Of a DNA stretch of 64,000 bases, positions 57,951 through 64,000 are shown one piece after another (the stretch's first letter is position 1; every line of letters starts with the position of its first letter). The stretch is taken from positions 141,174,001 to 141,238,000 of the forward strand of contig OZ024743.1 of assembly GCA_964016885.1 (NCBI GenBank). The letters are read 5' to 3'. The stretch comes from Eledone cirrhosa. Lineage: Eukaryota. Both the position numbers and the translations under genes were made by a program. The notes below the pieces were generated by a model. That model searched no databases, was not told the origin of the DNA, and saw only the letters and a list, made by a program, of their open reading frames with translations.

Positions 57951-59899
57951 GGGGTTTGGTGCTTGGTGCTTGGTGCTTGGTGCTTGGTCTTTGGTGCTTG
58001 GTGTTTTGTGTTTGGTGCTTGGTGCTTGGTGTTTGATGCTTGGTGCTTGGTGATTGGTGTTTGGTGCTTGGTGCTTGGTGCTTGGTGATTAGTGTTTGGT
58101 GCTTGGTGCTTGGTGCCTGGTGCTTGGTGCTTGGTGCTTGTTGTTTGATGCTTGGTGCTTGGTGATTAGTGTTTGGTGCTTGGTGCTTGGGGTTTGGTGT
58201 TTGGTGCTTGGGGTTTGGTGTTTGGTGCTTGGTGCTTGGTGTTTGCTGCTTGGTGCTTGGTGTTTGGTGCTTGGTGCTTTGTGTTTGATGCTTGGTGTTT
58301 GGTGCTTGGTGCTTGATGCTTGGTGCTTGGAGTTAGGTGTTTGGTGCTTGGTCCTTGGTGTTTGATGTTTGGTCCTTGGTGCTTGGTGTTTGGTGTTTGG
58401 TGCTTGGTGCTAGGTGTTTTGTGTGTGGTGCTTGCTGCTTGGTGCTTGGTGTTTTGTGTTAGGAGTTTGGTGCTTGATGTTTGGTGCTTCTGTCTTGGTG
58501 CTTGGTGTATGGTGCTTGGTGCTTGGTGTTTGGTGCTTGGTGCTTCGTGCTTGGTGTTTGGTGCATGGTGCTTGGTGTTTGGGGCTTGGTGCCTGGTGCT
58601 TTGTGTTTGGTGCTAGGTGCTTGGTGCTTGGTGTTAGGCGTTTGGTGCTTGGTGCTTGGTGTTTGATGTTTGGTCCTTGGTGCTTGGTGTTTGGTATTTG
58701 GTGCTTGGTGCTTGGTGTTTGGTGTTTGGTGCTTGCTGCTTGCTGCTTGGTGTTTGGTGCTTGGTGATTGGTGCTTGGTGTTTTGTGCTTGGTGCTTGGT
58801 GTTTGGTGTTTGGTGCTAGGGGCTTGGTGCTTGGTGCTTGGTGTTTGGTGCTTGGTGCTTGGTGTTTGGTGTTTGGTGCTTGGTGCGTGGGACTTGGTGT
58901 TTGGTGCTTGGTGTTTGGTGCTTGGTGTTTGGTGCTTGGTGCTTGGTGCTTGGTGGTTGGTGTTTGGTGCTTGGTATTTGGTGATTGGTGCTTGGTGCTT
59001 GGTGTTTGGTGCTTGGTGCTTGGTGTTTGGTACTTGGTGCTTGGTGTTTGGTCTTTGGTGCTTGGTGTTTGGTGCTTGGTGCTTGGTGCTTGGTGCTTGG
59101 TCTTAAGTGTTTGGGGCTTGGTGCTTGGTGCATGGTGCTTGGTGTTTGGTGCTTGGTGCCTGGTGCTTGGTGTTTGTTGCTTGGTGCTTGGTGCTTTGTG
59201 TTTGGTGCTTGGTATTTGGTGCTTGGTGCTTGGTGTTTGGTGCTTGGTGTTTGGTGCTTGGTGTTCGGTGCTTGGTGCTTGGTGTTTGGCATTTGGTGCT
59301 TGGTGCTTGGTGTTTGGTGCTTGGTGCTTGGTGTTTGGTGTTTGGTGCTTGGTGCCTGGTGCTTGTTGTATGCTGTTTGGTGCTTGGTGCTTGGTGTTTG
59401 GTGTTTGCTGCTTGGTGTCTGGTGTTTGGTGCTTGGTGTTTGGTGTTTGGTGCTTGGTGCTTGGTGCTTGGTATTTGGTGTTTGGTGCTTGGTGCTTGGT
59501 GATTGTTGTTTGGTGCTGGGTGCTTGGAGTTTGGTGCTTGTTGCTTGGTGCTTAGTGCTTGGTGTTTGGTGTTTGGTGCTTGGTGTTGGGTGTTTGGTGT
59601 TTGATGCTTGGTGTGTGCTGCTTGGTGCTTGGTGCTTGGTGTTTTGTGTTTGGTGCTTGGTGCTTGGTGCCTGGTGCTTGGTGCTTGGTGCTTGTTGTTT
59701 GGTGCTTGGTGCTTGGTGATTAGTGTTTGGTGCTTGGTGCTTGGGGTTTGCTGTTTGGTGCTTGGTGCTTGGTGTTTGGTGCTTGGTGCTTGGTGTTTGG
59801 TGTTTGGTGCTTGGTGCTTGGTGTTTGGGTTTTGGTGCTTGGTGCTTGGTGTTTGGTGTTTGGTGCTTGGTGTTTGGTGCTTGGTGCTTGGTGCTTGGT

Positions 59900-62050
59900 G
59901 TTTGGTGCTTGGTGCTTGGTGTTTGGTACTTGGTGCTTGGTGTTTGGTTTTTGATGCTTGGTGTTTGATGCTTGGTGCTTGGTGCTTGGTGTTAAGTGTT
60001 TGGGGCTTGGTGCTTGGTGCATGGTGCTTGGTGTTTGGTGCTTGGTGCCTGGTGCTTGGTGTTTGGTGCTTGGTGCTTGGTGCTTGGTGTTTGGTGCTTG
60101 GTATTTGGTGCTTGGTGCTTGGTGTTTGGTGCTTGGTGTTTGGTGCTTGGTGTTCGGTGCTTGGTGCTTGGTGTTTGGTGCTTGGTGTTAGGTGATTGGT
60201 GCTTGGTGCTTGGTGTTTGATGTTTGATCCTTGGTGCTTGGTGTTTGGTGCTTGGTGCTTGGTGTTTGGTGTTTGGTGCTTGCTGCTTTCTGCTTGGTGT
60301 TTGGTGCTTGGTGATTGGTGCTTGGTGTTGGGTACTTGGTGCTTGTTGTTTGGTGTTTGGTGCTAGGTGCTTGGTGCTTGGTGCTTGGGGTTTGGTGCTT
60401 GGTGCTTGGTGTTTGGTGTTTGGTGCTTGGTGCTTGGGGCTTGGTGTTTGGTGCTTTGTGCTTGGTGCTTGTTGTTTGGTGCTTGGTGCTTGGTGCTTCG
60501 TGTTTGGTGTTTGGTGTTTGGTGCTTGGTGTTTGGTGCTTGGTGGTTGGTGCTGGGTGGTTGGTGTTTGGTTCTTGGTGCTTGGTGTTTGGTGCTTGGTG
60601 CTTGGTGCTTGTTGTTTGGTGCTTGGTGCTTGGTGCTTGGTCTTTGGTGCTTGGAGTTTGGTGGTTGGTGCTTGGTGCTTGGTGTTTGGTGTTTGCTGTT
60701 TGGTGTTTGCTGTTTGGTGTCTGCTTTTTGGTGTTTGGTGTTTGCTGTATGGTGTTTGCTGTTTCGTATTTGGTTTTTGCTGTTTGGTGTTTGGTGTTTG
60801 CTGTTTGGTGTTTGGTGTTTGGTGTTTGGTGCTTTGTGCTTGGTGCTTGGTGTTTGGTGTTTGGTGCTTGGTGCTTGGTGTTTGGTGCTTGGTGCTTGGT
60901 GTTTGGTGTTTGGTGCTTGGTGCCTGGTGCTTGTTGTATGCTGTTTGGTGCCTGGTGCTTGGTGTTTGGTGTTTGGTGTTTGGTGCTTGGTGTCTGGTGT
61001 TTGGTGTTTGGTGTTTGGTGCTTGGTGCTTGGTGTTTGGGTTTTGGTGCTTGGTGCTTGGTGTTTGGTGTTTGGTGCTTGGTGTTTGGTGCTTGGTGCTT
61101 GGTGCTTGGTGTTTGGTGCTTGGTGCTTGGTGTTTGGTACTTGGTGCTTGGTGTTTGGTTTTTGATGCTTGGTGTTTGATGCTTGGTGCTTGGTGCTTGG
61201 TGTTAAGTGTTTGGGGCTTGGTGCTTGGTGCATGGTGCTTGGTGTTTGGTGCTTGGTGCCTGGTGCTTGGTGTTTGGTGCTTGGTGCTTGGTGCTTGGTG
61301 TTTGGTGCTTGGTATTTGGTGCTTGGTGCTTGGTGTTTGGTGCTTGGTGTTTGGTGCTTGGTGTTCGGTGCTTGGTGCTTGGTGTTTGGTGCTTGGTGTT
61401 AGGTGATTGGTGCTTGGTGCTTGGTGTTTGATGTTTGATCCTTGGTGCTTGGTGTTTGGTGCTTGGTGCTTGGTGTTTGGTGTTTGGTGCTTGCTGCTTT
61501 CTGCTTGGTGTTTGGTGCTTGGTGATTGGTGCTTGGTGTTGGGTACTTGGTGCTTGTTGTTTGGTGTTTGGTGCTAGGTGCTTGGTGCTTGGTGCTTGGG
61601 GTTTGGTGCTTGGTGCTTGGTGTTTGGTGTTTGGTGCTTGGTGCTTGGGGCTTGGTGTTTGGTGCTTTGTGCTTGGTGCTTGTTGTTTGGTGCTTGGTGC
61701 TTGGTGCTTCGTGTTTGGTGTTTGGTGTTTGGTGCTTGGTGTTTGGTGCTTGGTGGTTGGTGCTGTGTGGTTGGTGTTTGGTTCTTGGTGCTTGGTGTTT
61801 GGTGCTTGGTGCTTGGTGCTTGTTGTTTGGTGCTTGGTGCTTGGTGCTTGGTCTTTGGTGCTTGGAGTTTGGTGGTTGGTGCTTGGTGCTTGGTGTTTGG
61901 TGTTTGGTGTTTGCTGTTTGGTGTTTGCTGTTTGGTGTCTGCTTTTTGGTGTTTGGTGTTTGCTGTATGGTGTTTGCTGTTTCGTATTTGGTTTTTGCTG
62001 TTTGGTGTTTGGTGTTTGCTGTTTGGTGTTTGGTGTTTGGTGTTTGGTGC
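59900..62050 (-). repeat. Right-arm tandem duplication with a 1211-bp period
   Basis: ORFs 59958/61169, 59996/61207 and 60224/61435 share offset 1211 (173 monomers). The variant GCTGCTTTCTGC occurs at ~60282 and ~61493. Confidence 0.88.
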
Positions 62051-64000
62051 TTTGTGCTTGGTGCTTGGTGTTAAGTGTTTGGGGCTTGGTGCTTGTTGCA
62101 TGGTGCTTGGTGTTTGGATCTTGGTGCCTGGTGCTTGGTGTTTGGTGCTTGGTGCTTGGTGCTTGGTGTTTGGTGCTTGGTATTTGGTGCTTGGTGCTTG
62201 GTGTTTGGTGCTTGGTGTTTGGTGCTTGGTGTTCGGTGCTTGGTGCTTGGTGTTTGGTGCTTGGTGTTAGGTGATTGGTGCTTGGTGCTTGGTGTTTTAT
62301 GTTTGATCCTTGGTGCTTGGTGTTTGGTGCTTGGTGCTTGGTGTTTGGTGCTTGTTATTTGGTGCTTGCTGCTTGCTGCTTGGTGTTTGGTGCTTGGTGA
62401 TTGGTGCTTGGTGTTGGGTACTTGGTGCTTGTTGTTTGGTGTTTGGTGCTAGGTGCTTGGTGCTTGGTGCTTGGGGTTTGGTGCTTGGTGCTTGGTGTTT
62501 GGTGTTTGGTGCTTTGTGCTTGGGGCTTGGTGTTTGGTGCTTTGTGCTTGGTGCTTGTTGTTTGGTGCTTGGTGCTTGGTGCTTCGTGTTTGGTGTTTGG
62601 TGTTTGGTGCTTGGTGTTTGGTGCTTGGTGCTTGGTGCTGGGTGGTTGGTGTTTGGTGCTTGGTGCTTGGTGTTTGGTGCTTGGTGCTTGGTGCTTGTTG
62701 TTTGGTGCTTGGTGCTTGGTGCTTGGTCTTTGGTGCTTGGAGTTTGGTGGTTGGTGCTTGGTGCTTGGTGTTTGGTGTTTGGTGTTTGCTGTTTGGTGTT
62801 TGCTGTTTGGTGTCTGCTTTTTGGTGTTTGGTGTTTGCTGTATGGTGTTTGCTGTTTCGTATTTGGTTTTTGCTGTTTGGTGTTTGGTGTTTGCTGTTTG
62901 GTGTTTGGTGTTTGGTGTTTGGTGCTTTGTGCTTGGTGCTTGGTGTTTGGCATTTGGTGCTTGGTGCTTGGTGTTTGGTGCTTGGTGCTTGGTGTTTGGT
63001 GTTTGGTGCTTGGTGCCTGGTGCTTGTTGTATGCTGTTTGGTGCCTGGTGCTTGGTGTTTGGTGTTTGGTGTTTGGTGCTTGGTGTCTGGTGTTTGGTGT
63101 TTGGTGTTTGGTGCTTGCTGCTTGGTGTTTGGGTTTTGGTGCTTGGTGCTTGGTGTTTGGTGTTTGGTGCTTGGTGTTTGGTGCTTGGTGTTTGGTGCTG
63201 AGTGCTTGGTGTTTTGTGCTTGGTGCGTGGTGCTTGGTGTTTGGTGTTTGGTGCTTGGTGCTTGGTGTTTGGTGTTTGATGCTTGGTGTTTGATGCTTGT
63301 TGCTTGGTGCTTGGTGTTTTGTGTTTGGTGTTTGGTGCTTGGTGTATGTACTTGGTGCTTGGTTCTTGGTGTTTGGTGCTTGGTTCTTGGTGTTTGGTGA
63401 TTGGTGCTTGGGGCTTGGTGTTTGGTGCTTGGTGCTTGGTGTTTGGTACTTGGTGCTTGGTGTTTGGTTTTTGATGCTTGGTGTTTGATGCTTGGTGCTT
63501 GGTGCTTGGTGTTAAGTGTTTGGGGCTTGGTGCTTGTTGCATGGTGCTTGGTGTTTGGTGCTTGGTGCCTGGTGCTTGGTGTTTGGTGCTTGGTGCTTGG
63601 TGCTTGGTGTTTGGTGCTTGGTATTTGATGCTTGGTGCTTGGTGTTTGGTGCTTGGTGTTGGTGCTTGGTGTTCGGTGCTTGGTGCTTGGTGTTTGGTGC
63701 TTGGTGTTAGGTGATTGGTGCTTGGTGCTTGGTGTTATATGTTTGATCCTTGGTGCTTGGTGTTTGGTGCTTGGTGCTTGGTGTTTGGTGTTTGGTGCTT
63801 GGTGCCTGGTGCTTGTTGTATGCTGTTTGGTGCTTGGTGCTTGGTGTTTGGTGTTTGCTGCTTGTTGTCTGGTGTTTGGTGCTTGGTGTTTGGTGTTTGG
63901 TGCTTGGTGCTTGGTGCTTGGTATTTGGTGTTTGGTGCTTGGTGCTTGGTGTTTGTTGTTTGGTGCTGGGTGCTTGGAGTTTGGTTCTTGGTGCTTGGTG

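Larger units (their letters stand above)
40008..64000 (-). repeat. Heptamer satellite array, right arm, same monomer in inverted orientation, (YTTGGTG)n on the + strand; continues past the right window edge
   Basis: Uninterrupted CTTGGTG/TTTGGTG monomers, the reverse complement of CACCAAG/CACCAAA. The + strand is nearly free of A. Confidence 0.99.

Noticed and set aside
146-63714. Hundreds of overlapping ORFs up to 766 aa, with (WCLVLGA)n or (TKHQAPS)n translations
   Set aside because: The consensus 7-mer has no stop codon on either strand. Because 7 is coprime with 3, all three frames give the same heptapeptide. ORFs overlap in every frame, end at sporadic variant stops, and have no unique domain or signal. 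Not called as CDS; only ribosome profiling or proteomics could rescue any of them.
1-64000. CRISPR array or other repeat-spacer system
   Set aside because: There are no unique spacers, no 23-50 bp constant repeats separated by non-repeat DNA, and no cas genes.
40008-64000. G-quadruplex-forming array
   Set aside because: The monomer has only GG runs with 5-nt loops, and GGG or GGGG runs are isolated. At most weak two-tier structures are possible, which cannot be supported from sequence.
1-64000. Resemblance to bacterial intergenic heptamer repeats (cyanobacterial STRR-type or inverted heptamer tracts flanking small genes)
   Set aside because: Those tracts are short and lie between genes. Here more than 64 kb is gene-free with multi-kb HORs, which fits eukaryotic satellite DNA. 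Taxonomic origin cannot be confirmed from this window.

Overview
The whole 64 kb window is one non-coding heptamer satellite with consensus CACCAAR (CACCAAG/CACCAAA; reverse complement YTTGGTG). I found no unique sequence, gene, RNA gene, transposon or CRISPR array. The array switches strand abruptly at 40007|40008 through a spacer-less junction (CACCAAG|CTTGGTG, perfect 40-bp palindrome at 39988-40027). 1-40007 reads C/A-rich on the + strand and 40008-64000 reads G/T-rich. The two arms share the monomer but carry different diagnostic variants and different higher-order repeats (HORs), so they are not a mirror copy of each other. The left arm has nested periods of about 1.1-1.5 kb, 2.5-3.1 kb and a near-identical 8092-bp tandem dimer. 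The right arm has about 1.2, 1.6, 2.96 and 3.85 kb periods. All ORFs in the track are artefacts of translating a stop-free 7-mer. The scale suggests eukaryotic heterochromatin (centromeric, pericentromeric or subtelomeric), but the organism and function cannot be determined from this sequence. Offsets were read from the ORF track and spot-checked by eye, not computed by alignment.
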